DNA of 64,000 bases from Octopus bimaculoides (Eukaryota): the NCBI RefSeq assembly GCF_001194135.2, contig NC_068982.1, positions 177,910,231 through 177,974,230 of the forward strand. Direction: 5' to 3'. Below the pieces are notes generated by a model. The model did not search any database, was not told the DNA's origin, and saw only the letters and a program-made list of their open reading frames with translations. This document shows positions 50,101-60,827 of this stretch, piece by piece. The translations under genes and the position numbers were made by a program. How positions within the stretch are numbered: the stretch's first letter is position 1; every line of letters begins with the position of its first letter.

Positions 50101-53100
50101 TTGCTTTGGCTCTTTGTTCAAATCCACCAAGCTCAACTTTGCCTTTCATATTTTTGGGGTTGATTAAATAAGTTCCAATCCAGGGCAATGGATTAATGGA
50201 ATTGTTAGAGTATCAGGTGAGATGCCTTGTATTTATTCTGGTTTTATGTTCTTAGTTCTTGAGTGGTAGACTTAAACTGTTGACACTTTAACACCACCTC
50301 CTTTCTTGGGTATCTTTAGTGGAGTTCATTCTGTTGCAAATATTTGAGCCAGCTGAAAACCAAGTTCCAAGGACAAGTTATCTAAGAATGGAACCATGAG
50401 ACTTCAGAGTTTCACAGAGGAGCTGGACGTTTCCTTTATTCTTCAACTTTCTTTTTTGTTAGTTGAGTTTTTGTCTCCAAAGCATTCAATCTTGTTAGCT
50501 GTACTAATGATTTTGTAGTTTCAGGTTCAAAATCTGATCCAAACATGATCACTACTAGACTGAGCTAATACTTGCCAAACATTATTGACCTTTATGTGAT
50601 AGAGGATTGTGACTTTCAATACTTGAATCAACAGAGACTTTGTTCACACCTCACAATACCCAACTCCATTATGTTCAAGTTCTTGGTCTTACAAAATATT
50701 AACTCACCACATTATAGAAGAATGGCAGCCTGTGCTCAACAAAGAAATAATATTTTTAAATCATTGACTGTCAGTACTTGGCAACAAGATAAATTCACAA
50801 TTTCAGTAATCTACAAAGGAATTTGCTGGCTAATTCTTGATTATGCAAGTCCAGTGTGGACCCATTAGCATCAGGTATGCCTGTTTTCTATGCTGGCATA
50901 GTTTGGTCTGGTCTTCACAGTCTGAGTCTTATCCAAAGTTACAAGGCGTGCACTGGCACAGCTGTGCTCTTGTTTTTGGTGCAATACTCAATGATCATCA
51001 CTGTCATATAGATTCAGGGTGGAGGCGCAATGGCCCAGTGGCTAGGGCAGCAGACTCGCGGTCATGGGATCGCGGTTTCGATTCCCAGACCGGGCGTTGT
51101 GAGTGTTTATTGAGCGAAAACACCTAAAGCTCCACAAGGCTCCGGCAGGGGATGGTGGCGAACCCTGGTGTACTCTTTCACCACAACTTTCTCTCACTCT
51201 TTCTTCCTGTTTCTGTTGTGCCTGTAATTCAAAGGGTCAGCCTTGTCACATTCTGTGTCACGCTGAATATCCCCGAGAACTACGTTAAGGGTACACGTGT
51301 CTGTGGAGTGCTCAGCCACTTGCACGTTAATTTCACGAGCAGGCTGTTCCGTTGATCGGATCAACTGGAACCCTTGACGGAGTGCCAACAACAACATAGA
51401 TTCAGGAATCACCAACATGTCTTGATTGCAAAGCATGTTCCATGATATCACTCTTTTCTTCTACTTCACAGTTGATGCTATTAATTTATGGAACAACCTC
51501 ATGAAAATGGTAGAGTGGTTTGGGCTTGAATTGCAATATTAAACTTATATTGGGGCAACCTGAATAAGAACTACAACAACAGTAAAGTTGGTATGACTGT
51601 TCTTCCCTGAGTAATCAAACAAGATAATTCACTCGCATACATGCATGTTAATGAAACTTCTCTCCATAAACACTCACATGCTATCCTGTTTTCATTTATG
51701 CTCCCATTAGTTCATTGTTTCACTGCCAGAGCGCTTCTATTTAATATTCAAGCAGTTCTATGAACTTGGGAGGCATTTTTCTTTTTCTTTAAAAAAAAAC
51801 ACCTGCAACTTTCAAAATTGGAAGTTCATGAAAGATGTCTTGCAAACAAGTTGCACATGCAAGTGCTACCAGTCGAGAACTCCGCATACCGGAAGCCAGC
51901 AAGTGTATGGGGTCATCAGGAGAGAATGCGTGCTGTTTCGGGGCCTACCTCTCGACGGCATCAATGAGCACCGGCCCCCCTTACTGATATGAGGCCCCGC
52001 TTGCTAGATCAACTGGTTATTAAAAACAAAGCTCAATATTTCTCTAGCCATCGCTCATCGTCTCTTTTTAACCAAATCCATATATAAGGATTTGATTAAA
52101 GAAATTTGTTTTTGAGACATCTTTTGTAACAGAAGACAGTCTTTATAAAATTGAATTATTTCTGTTATTTTTCTTTCTTTTGCCTTTCTTTCAGACTGCT
52201 TGAATCAAAAGTCAGATGGTTGTTCTCTTATTACAAATGATAACACTGCCTCTGCATCAGATACACCAACTGTCACTGTGCAAAGTCTTGAATATCTTAG
52301 ACAAGAAACTTTAAACATTTTGGAAGCCTTAGAAGAATATAAGGTAAGTTGAAAACTGTTTTATATTCCTATATAAAGAAGAACAATGCTATAATTTCTA
52401 GTTATTGTATTTGTTAGTCACCAGTGCATAGCTATTGTTATTGGCTCTTTTCAAATAAGTCACATATAGTGACAATTAGAATATACTAATGTGAAGGAAA
52501 AACAAATGTATATCGGTGACTACAATCATCATTGTCGTCATCATGATCATGATGATGATCATCATGTATTGTATTTTTCCATGCTGACATGAGTTTGATG
52601 GGTTGTCATGGGTTGAATCAATTCTTGTTTGAAGTTACTGTGCTCTTAGATGAGTGTTGTATAAGTGAGAGAATAGAGGATGAGTGAAGCTAAGACATCC
52701 TTCACTAACCTTGTTTTAGCTTTTTATTTGCCATGCATGTACAGATTCCATCACATGCCAGGGGAAAAACTAGAAGTGGTTGATAGCTTCCACTACCTAG
52801 GCAACCAAGTCTGTAGTGGAGGTGGTTGCTCTGAGAGTGTAGCGGCTAGAATAAGAATAACCTGGGTAAAGTTCAGGGAGTTCCTACCTCTGCTGGCAAC
52901 TAAAGGCCTTTCCCTCACGATAACAGTTAGATGTATGATGCATGTGTGTGAATTGCCATGCCATATGGCACTGAAACATGGGCCATGACTGCTGAGAACA
53001 TGCATAGGCTTGAAAGAAACGGAGCTAGTAAGATCTGCTGGATGTGTAATGTCAGTGTGCATACACGACAGAGTGTGAGCGCCCTGAGAGAAAAGTTGGA

Positions 53101-56100
53101 CATAAGAAGCATCAAATGTGGTGTGCAAGAGAGATAACTGCGTTAGTATGGTTATGTGTTACATAAAGATGAGGACAGATGTGTGAGGAAGTGCCACTCC
53201 TTAACTGTGGAAGGTACCTGTGGAAGAGGTAGACCCAGGAAGACATGGGATGAGGTGGTGAAGAATGACCTTTAAACGTTGGCTCTCATAGAGGCAATGA
53301 CCGGAGACTGAGATCTCTGGAGATATGCTGCAATTGAGAAGACCCAGCAACTAAAAGTACCCTTGATGCGTCGAGCAATATGATATGCTTGAGAAGACCT
53401 GTTGAATCAAGTAAAACTAAAATAGTAGCTGTGGTCAGTGCCCCCTGACGGGCTTTCATGCCGGTGGCACAATTAAAAGCATCATTCAAGTGTGGTCGAT
53501 CCAGGTCTGCCTGACTGGCTCCCGTGCTGTGTGGCACATAAAAAGCACCATCTGAACGTGGCTGATGCCAGACATCCTGACTGGCTCCTGTGCCAGTGGC
53601 ATGTAAAAAGCACTATCTGAATGCAATTGATGCCAGGCCCACCTGACTGGCTCCTGTGCTAGTGGCATGTAAAATGCACCCGCTATACTTTTGGAGTGGT
53701 TGGCATTAGGAAGGGCATCCAACTGTAGAAACATTGCCAGATCAGATTGGAGCCTGGTGCAGCCGCTGGCTTTCCAGACCTCAGTCAAACCGTCCAACCC
53801 ATGCCAGCATGGAAAACGGACGTTAAACGATGATGATGATGATGATGAGGTACAATTTGCCAATTGTTGCAGCCCTTTATGCTTTTTTCATGAATCTGAA
53901 CTTCATGAGATCCCTCTTCACCACTTTGTCCCATGCCTTTCTAGGTTTCCCCCTTCCACAAGTTCCATCCACTTTGAGTATCTGGCACTTTTTTTATACT
54001 GCTTTCCATCTATATGCATAACACACCTATACCAGCACAGACATCTCTCTTACTCACTCATGTAATTCTTCTAATAGTCAGCTTTTCTTTCAGCTCAATT
54101 GCTCTCTATCATTCATGCACACTGATATTACAGAGCCAGTGAAGCATCATTTGGTACAGGCATGGCTGTGGGGCTAAGAAGCTTATTTCTCAATCAAGTA
54201 GTCTTGGGTTTACTTGCATTGTGCAGCACCTTAACAAAGTGTCTTTCTACTATGGCCTGGGCCCACAAAACTCTTGTGAGTTGATCTGGTTGAAACTGAA
54301 AGAAGCCTCTCATATGTATGTGTGTGCGTGTGTTGCCCTTGTCTTGATGTCTTGTAGTAATTGTAAATGAGCATAGCCATCAGTCAAGTGATGTTGTTTG
54401 TTTTGTGTCTAACATGAAAAACAGGTCTTGTTTGGAAATAGATGAAAGTTGGTGACAGAAAGGGTGAAAATTTGCTTTGGCATTCTGTCTGACCCATTGC
54501 AGGCATGAAAAAGTAGACATTAAATGGTGATGACACACACACACAACCACAATCAATTAAATTACAATAACAGCACATGGCAAAACTTATATAATACACT
54601 AACAGCATGACTACATTGACAATATCTATGGAAACAGTAGCTCACTTTGTACATTGTTGTCTTTTTATGTACTTCTGGTCACTGCCTGAAATCTAGAAAT
54701 CTGAACATCGAAACTCTAATCATAGACTAAAATCTGCTTAATCAGGGCTGACATGAAGGCTACACTAAAATAATGCAACTCTTACATATTAAAAGCTTTG
54801 GCACCTTTTATATTATTCATTAATTATATTTCAACTTTTGTTCTTAACATTCACCACTCCAAACATGACCCTTTCGAGTCTTCCTTTGCAAGGAACATAA
54901 CCAAAGTATCTATTATAACTATTTCCTATAGAATAACTATTTCTTGTAGAAGCGTATTTCTTCCTTTTTAAATCAAAATATCTTGCCTTTCTGATGGCCT
55001 AAGAGCTCCTGATATAAGGACCACATACTGAAAGGGTCAATTTTCCTTTTACAGATAAACATAGGATAGTTTCATAAGCAGTACAGTAGAGCTGACTGTT
55101 ATGAAAGTCATCTGAAGAAGCCATAAGATTAGCTACAAAATATGTTGGTTTATGTTTTTAGAGATGACACTTTCACTTTGAAAATGATATGTTGGCAATT
55201 CTAGATCTGTAAAATGAAACAGTGTGGCGTTTGGAATTAAAGATTTAACAATAAGTAGTCATCCAGTCATTTTCCCTTGATAAAAATATAATTCTCTATT
55301 GCTGTTCTCTCTTTACTTTCTTGTGTCCTTTCTATCCATATTTAGTTTAAATATACAAATGTATTCTTTGAATTGTTCTAGTTTAATCATTAATTAATTG
55401 ATTTCGTTTTTAATAATTCAATTTCTGAGGAATTATCATAATGAGGTCCCTAATGAAACTCATATTTTAATTTCAGCCTGAATTATTTAATAGTTATGCA
55501 GCATACAGAACTAAAGCTAATGTGAAATATAATCCAACATGTAAAGATAGCAGCCATACAGATGATAGTCGAGAAGATGGACCAGTAGCTTTAACAGTTC
55601 AGACAACTATTGACAGTGATCAGTTAGCAGATCATCATAATATTAATCATGATGGTGTTGGTGATGATAAAAGCTGTAATGACTCAAATATCAATAAAAA
55701 TTATAAAATATCTAAAGATGTTTCAACTAATGTTGAACATGACAAACATATCCCCAATAACTTAACATCAAGTCACCCATTTCATCGAGGTCGTATGAAA
55801 TCAAAGCATAAAGACCCTCCTATTGATGAACAGTATGTTGTAGTAAACAATGTTGACAGGTCATTTTCTTGTTCTGATATTTCCTCATGTGAACGTTTAT
55901 CAAAGGAAGTTAGTAACAGATCAGAGAGCTCAAGCCAATCATCGGAATCCGTCGTACCATGTTCCAGTGAATCGGAATTTTCATTTGCATCTTCAAGTTC
56001 TTTCCAGCAGGATAATTCTTCTCATGAAGACTCTTCTTCAGTTATATTGGGTAAGTTTATTTATTTATAAATTTAATCCAAATGTACATGAATTAAAATT

Positions 56101-59100
56101 ATTCAAAAAAACACTGTCAAAGTAGTTGAAGTAGTAACTTATTAGTAGTAAGCTTAAATTAATGTAAAAGGAGGCTTACTTGATTTACCATATGAAAAAA
56201 TAGTATTTCCTCCTTATTCATGTTGAAGGGATCTTGCCATAAAACATGAGCTCCTAAAACATGCTGATTTCTGAACTTTGTATATGTATCAACTTGCATC
56301 AGCTTATAAAATTATGGGGATTTTTCCCCTTCATTTTAATATTTATTGTGTCTTTTCAGTGATAGTTCAGTCATCAATTACTAACATTTTTGCAAAAATC
56401 TCCATTATCAAATTATTAACTATAGAATCACACTTTTTCTCCCCAACACTTGAACTTATCCAATCCATAATTGAATGAGTATATCTAATTTTTTATAAGA
56501 ATTTGTGGCAAATTAAATTTTAATCTTTATCAAAGTATCTACAGCTTCTGCTGGGAAATTGGTAAAAAAATGTTTTGTCCCTCTTAGCTACAGCAAGTAA
56601 CCTTAACACTCAACAATTTAATGGGTTTCATTAATGCATGTTCTTATTTGCCATTTAACAGACCACAAATCTGACAAAACCAGTCACCTATTTCTCATTG
56701 ATTACCCTTCAAACTACAAGGTAAATAATTTGTCTTACTCTAGAAATCAACTTTATTTTCTATACTTACTCTAAGACTATGTATATTAAGAATTATGCGT
56801 ATTATCTTTATATGGACATGTCTCTTTGTTATTTAACATTAATTACATGAAAGATAATAGTTAATGTGTTGGATAAAATGCTTAACAGCATTTCTTTTGG
56901 CTCTTTCTGTTCTGTCTTCAAATTTTGTCAAAGTCAACTTTGCTTTTCATCACTTTGAAGTCAATAAAATAAGTACTAGTTGAGCATTGGGGTCAATTAA
57001 TTGACAAGCCTCTTCCCCCAAAATTTATGGCTTTGTGCTGTAGTAGAAAGGATTATTTTATAATTATACTTGTCTGTCAAGTACAACTCCATCTGAAACT
57101 GTGAGTTGAAACTAAAATAGCTACAACATGGAAGAACCATTAACACTTAAACTTAAATTAATTTATTTCTTAATGTGTCCAGATTTTCACTGCCCTACTG
57201 CTACCTTGGCACTAATATATTAAACAAGAAGCGCAACTTATCATGAATCATTTGTTAACATCTTTACCAGTGTGAGATGGTTTGGAGGATAAGACATTTG
57301 AATTGGTAAAATGATTTACTATTAGATGTCATTTTGTTTTGTTTTACTAATAGCTTATATAAAATCAGTATTACCTTCCTTTTATTCAGCCTAAATTATA
57401 TAAGCCCCCCAGTCGAAAACGGTTTGAATTCATGCTGCGTAAACTAGAATTGATGTGCCTCAATAGATATGATCATTGGAAGCAGTTAGAATCAATACAC
57501 CAGGTAGGTTGATGCTTAATCTATTTGTTTCTTGCAGTATTATTTTTATTTAACTGTAACACTCCTACATATTATTGTTGATCATTTCTATAATTCATTT
57601 ACATTATAGCATAATAGCTTACTAATCTTTAATCAGTAAACTTTTGTTAGCAACAGATATGAGTATTAGTTTTCCAAGTTTGTATGGGTTACAAAGGACT
57701 ACATATTATAGTCTTTTGTCTTCTCCTTTCTGAGGTTTGGCTTCTTGAGGCCATCTTTCACCATTTCTTCCCCGGTTTCCTTTGGTCTTCATCTTCCACA
57801 AGTTTCTGTCACTTGACTTATTTGGCACTTAACAAGCCATCATCCTCCACATGCATCACATGCTCATATAATATCAGTCTTTTCTCTTGCAAACCAAATC
57901 TAATTCTTTTTATACCCAGTTTTTTTCTCAGCTCATTTGTGCTTTACCATCCATATACACTAACATATCACATCCAGCAAAGTATGCTTGCTTCATTCCT
58001 CTCCAGCCTTCATACATCTATATTCAATGCCCATGTTTCACAATTATGCAATATTGCACTTTGCAACATTTATCTTCAGATACCTAGATTATCTTGGTAA
58101 TCGTGGCTATCAACTACTTCTCTGAAACTTACAAGCTTGAAAAATTTATTTCACAATTTTTATTGCTGCTAACTTCTCCTGTACTCCTGCTACATACGAA
58201 ATATTTCCCCTCTGTCAGCCTGTCTGTAATCCCACTACACCTCTTGTGTCATCATACCTTACATTTAGTACATACAGAATTCTTGTCTAGTCTTTTTCTG
58301 CATATTGAGCACAGCCATTTTATAGATGGCATTAGAGGTCTCTCTTCTATCCTCCTAAAACTTGTCTTTGTTAGGATTACTTTAGGGCCTCTCAATTTTA
58401 GGTTTTACTTACACATTTAGAATTTCTTTTAAATTTTTGCTGAATTTAGCTGATAATTAGCTTATTGGTAAACAGTTCTCGTTAATAACCAGTTTTACAC
58501 TCTTCTGATATGACCTTTAGATCTATAATGAACTATAGGGGGCTGAGAACCAATCTCTGATACACATCTACTCTCACTAAACTTGTTGCTAACTCTCACA
58601 TTGTTGATGGTATCTCTGTACATGACTTGCATGGCTCTCATGAGCCATTTATTTTCACATAGCTTTCTTAGTGATCATAACCCTACAGAGTGTAGTACTC
58701 TGTCAAAGGTCTTCTCCAGGTCAACAAATGCTAGGTGTAGGGAATTACTTTTAGCTAAGAACTTTCCCTATTGTTGCCTCACTAGGAAGAGAACATCAGT
58801 GGCACCTTATTCTGGCACAAACCCAAATTGCATCTCATCTAAATTGATTCTCTTCCCAATTAGTTGTGCTAAAACTCATTACTCTCATAATTTGATCAAT
58901 CATTTTTATACTTATGAAGGTGATTGTTTCTAGCTTACCTACTGTTATACTATTCTTTGGGTATGACATTTCCCTGTACTATCTGATTAACTTTATGAAT
59001 GACTAGTACATGTCCTACTTCACCATATATTTTCAGGTTCTCAGCACCTATACTTTGCTTTCAATTGTAAAGCTGTGAACTTTAATAGCTAATCCCTTTG

Positions 59101-59594
59101 TTGAGTGGTGTTGGGGTAATTCCTCTCCCTCATATTCTTCACATTCAGCACTCTCTCATAGCAGCTTTTCATTTCCATACCACTTTCTTCTCAGCATCAG
59201 TCATGGCAAGAGCACCACTATTGTTCCATATGATTTTTTTCCTCAAAAACACTTCATTCACACTAACACACTTCTTTACAATCTGGAAAACTACATGCCT
59301 TTGATGATATTTGTCAAGATAAAGGGTGATGACCCCCACAGCACTACTGGCTAGGTATGTTTTCCCAATGGAATAGACTATCTAATTCATTTTCCATGCT
59401 GGTACGAGTTGGTTGACCATGTCTCACTTATATGCTCCATTTTTCACATAGTTTCTTCTAGCCACTTTATGGAGTGTATCCATAAATGTGTGATATTGTT
59501 AATTATCATAATCGAACATTGTAGATGCAGAAATGAGGCAATTATCAGATAGAGCCAACAGCTCATGTATCTTCAGTATTCTTTGCTTTTATGA

Positions 59595-59646
<52 letters not shown>

Positions 59647-60827
59647 TGAGAGAAGAGAATGAGAAAGTTTAATATGATAAATAATAGTGTCTTAAATTTG
59701 ATGTAGTGTCTCTGAGCTGTTATCCATAAATATGTGATATCTCCAGTTATCAGAATTCAACATCATAAATACAGAAATAGTGAAATAGACCAGAGAAAAC
59801 AGAACAAGTAGCTTGTATGCCTTCATAGCTCAAAACTCTTGTGAAATAGAGAGAGAGAGAGAGAGAGAGATCTGCAGACTAATATATTTTGATGCTTTTA
59901 GTTATTAATAAAAAGAATCCATATTGTTTTCCAAAGTTCACCTGTATGTCATTCCATAATGCTTGCTGATTTTCACTAATTATTTCAGAGTGTGACCTTA
60001 TTCTTACTAATTGATTTCATCTATTTCTTCCCATTTTAAAATTATTTTCATCCTTTTTGTTTTTTTCTCACTTCTTTTTGAGCAGAATATTTAATTTGTA
60101 GTGGCGCGAAATTATAGCTGCCATTGAGGAAGTACTATCTGCACATGCGCAAAGGACTTGCCTTTCCGGAAGTCCCTTGAGTGCGCATGCGTAGTAAAAC
60201 TAGTACTTAAAGAGTTTGTTTCATTTTGTAAGTCAGTTGAGCGAGAGACCTTCGACGTGACAACACCTCGCTCCTCAACGAAGCACTCTTCACCACATTG
60301 CTATCGATATGATAGCTATTTGCTCCTCTGGCATACATCAAGGAGGCTCTTAACCTTCCAATACCAATTACAACTTAATCAGCGGCTGCTAAGCTGAGTA
60401 ACACAGGATTTATAAAACCAAGCATCATCAAAAATAAAACTTATTTTTATTATGTTGTTAATTTCTACTGTTTTTTCATATATAATTATATTGAAAGGTG
60501 ATAGAGAGAGACTAATGTCTCTATTGCAACTATCAATCTTTTACAAATTTGTTAGATTAAATACACTACAAATTTCAATTCTGTCCCTCTACATTTTTGT
60601 TCTGATGTGAGCGATAATTGTTGTTGTTGCTGCTGCATCAGTAATAGTAGTAGTACCATCTAGCATTCTCTAATACATTAAATGATAATCACAATATTCT
60701 AGTAAAATCTCGAAAATTCTTCTCTTCATTTTACTTGACTATTTATATGTCTTCTCTCTTTTATTCCAGTATTATAGCCAAGACTTAGCCATCTTGAAAA
60801 TGCATCAATGGGAAAAAAATCTAACTG
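31705..60827 (+). CDS. SMCR8: SMCR8 (guanine nucleotide exchange protein SMCR8, C9orf72-WDR41 complex), gene model of 11 coding exons, probably 3'-partial
   Basis: Spliced translation contains [63 protein letters not shown] and PKLYKPPSRKRFEFMLRKLELMC. These match remembered human SMCR8 motifs [62 protein letters not shown] and PKLIKAKSTKCFDKKLKTLEELC. GT-AG introns, phases consistent. Confidence 0.93.
34175..34263 (+). CDS. SMCR8: SMCR8 exon ([29 protein letters not shown])
   Basis: 89 nt, ttttatag| ... AG|gtaagt, phase 0/2. Confidence 0.93.
34330..34505 (-). mobile_element. Degraded fragment of the SINE family at 51019-51395
   Basis: Reverse complement of the gtggagtgctcagccacttgcac...caactggaac region. 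Confidence 0.6.
34759..36090. mobile_element. Putative LTR-like, CpG-rich insertion spanning an assembly gap
   Basis: Starts tgtaaggg and ends ctactac(g); CpG-rich against the AT-rich intron; contains CCAAT and E-box motifs; no coding evidence and no clean TSD. Confidence 0.35.
35135..35810. other. Assembly gap (N run)
   Basis: N bases. Confidence 1.
38110..38281. repeat. Near-perfect palindrome/hairpin
   Basis: Perfect 42 bp inner arms (38148-38189 / 38199-38240) with a 9 nt loop, plus perfect 25 bp outer arms (38115-38139 / 38252-38276). Confidence 0.9.
38559..38637 (+). CDS. SMCR8: SMCR8 exon (SILCNNFTLMEDKQVLFTDIAEGVSAY)
   Basis: 79 nt, ttccctag| ... |gtgagt, phase 2/0. Confidence 0.93.
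39557..39639 (+). CDS. SMCR8: SMCR8 exon ([27 protein letters not shown])
   Basis: 83 nt, ttcttcag| ... |gtaagt, phase 0/2; most conserved longin motif. Confidence 0.95.
39933..40040. repeat. 21 bp minisatellite (tagtaatttaagaaggttata), about 4.5 copies
   Basis: Read directly from sequence. Confidence 0.9.
40184..40229 (+). CDS. SMCR8: SMCR8 exon (KKLITFYKEIHKAFSK)
   Basis: 46 nt, tttttcag| ... |gtaagt, phase 2/0. Confidence 0.9.
40959..41043 (+). CDS. SMCR8: SMCR8 exon (ISSDLKMENLKLFALEMSHQLQDLEYSL)
   Basis: 85 nt, ttttttacattaag| ... |gtaagt, phase 0/1; aligns with ASECLKTGNRKAFAGELEKKLKDLDYT. Confidence 0.88.
41172..41389. mobile_element. piggyBac-type MITE
   Basis: TTAA|ccctttagcatt ... 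aatgctaaagag|TTAA. Confidence 0.75.
42940..43380 (+). mobile_element. Second CORE-type SINE family with an RTE-like 3' tail
   Basis: Same head and CORE as the OR-like SINE but a different 3' half ending ...catgcaagcatagaaaagtggacattaaatgatg; similar copy at 54160-54535. Confidence 0.6.
43625..43790 (+). mobile_element. CR1 3'UTR fragment
   Basis: Reverse complement of the 26310-26465 and 29790-29900 tails; ends in (ATT)n. Confidence 0.75.
43897..44336 (+). mobile_element. Full-length CORE-type SINE (octopus OR-like)
   Basis: ataggcgcaggagtggctgtgtggtaag...; roughly 90% similar by eye to 29375-29783 in inverted orientation. Confidence 0.82.
44790..44897. repeat. (CTGT/CT)n compound microsatellite
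   Basis: Read directly from sequence. Confidence 0.9.
47200..48142. other. Assembly gap (N run)
   Basis: N bases. Confidence 1.
49400..50870 (+). mobile_element. Degenerate I/Nimb-like LINE RT remnant
   Basis: SASYRPVSLYNLIVKVFE (YRPISL..KxFE) and RNNIFKSLTVSTW...IYKGICWLILDYASPVW resemble I-clade ORF2 motifs; many stops. Confidence 0.55.
51019..51395 (+). mobile_element. Young full-length tRNA-derived SINE with an 11 bp target-site duplication
   Basis: A/B-box-like head (tggcccagtggctagggc...ggtttcgattcccagacc), (CAA)n tail, TSD atagattcagg at 51008-51018 and 51396-51406. Confidence 0.85.
52195..52343 (+). CDS. SMCR8: SMCR8 exon (NCLNQKSDG...LEYLRQETLNILEALEEYK)
   Basis: 149 nt, long pyrimidine tract ending ttttcag| ... 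AAG|gtaagt, phase 1/0. Confidence 0.88.
52750..53850 (+). mobile_element. 5'-truncated RTE LINE (RT C-terminus, 3'UTR tandem units, (GAT)n tail)
   Basis: EKLEVVDSFHYLGNQVCSGGGCSESVAARIRITWVKFRE...GRGRPRKTWDEVVKNDL with frameshifts. Confidence 0.85.
55477..56050 (+). CDS. SMCR8: SMCR8 large Ser/Asp/Asn-rich low-complexity exon (PELFNSY...EDSSSVIL)
   Basis: 574 nt open frame (contains ORF 55522..56070), tttcag| ... G|gtaagt, phase 0/1. Confidence 0.85.
56662..56720 (+). CDS. SMCR8: SMCR8 exon (DHKSDKTSHLFLIDYPSNYK)
   Basis: 59 nt, tttaacag| ... AAG|gtaaat, phase 1/0; bridges its neighbours in frame. Confidence 0.82.
57390..57503 (+). CDS. SMCR8: SMCR8 exon (PKLYKPPSRKRFEFMLRKLELMCLNRYDHWKQLESIHQ)
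   Basis: 114 nt, ttattcag| ... CAG|gtaggt, phase 0/0. Confidence 0.9.
57690..58900 (-). mobile_element. Older RTE LINE RT fragment
   Basis: Reverse complement resembles RTE RT (LAFVDLEKTFDRV, GKKW*KMASR); many disruptions. Confidence 0.55.
60100..60400. promoter_or_regulatory. CpG-containing promoter-like motif cluster inside an SMCR8 intron
   Basis: GGCGCGAAA (E2F-like), CATGCGCA and TGCGCATGCG (NRF1-like) and CCGGAAGT (ETS-like) within about 90 bp. Confidence 0.4.
60770..60827 (+). CDS. SMCR8: SMCR8 exon (YYSQDLAILKMHQWEKNLT)
   Basis: 58 nt, ttttattccag| ... G|gtaaat, phase 0/1; DL aligns positionally with human HMFRGDL. Confidence 0.75.

Noticed and set aside
51019-51095. tRNA-like sequence (also the heads at 43897 and 29783)
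   Set aside because: No proper acceptor or anticodon stems; it continues into a SINE body with tail and TSD
51890-52000. Canonical hammerhead or HDV-like ribozyme in the GC-rich island
   Set aside because: The CUGAUGA, GAAA and GUC blocks are in the wrong order and stem II cannot form (CCCC against CCCC); only 3 nt separate the crossing helices, leaving no room for HDV P3/L3. Kept only as an unclassified structured element
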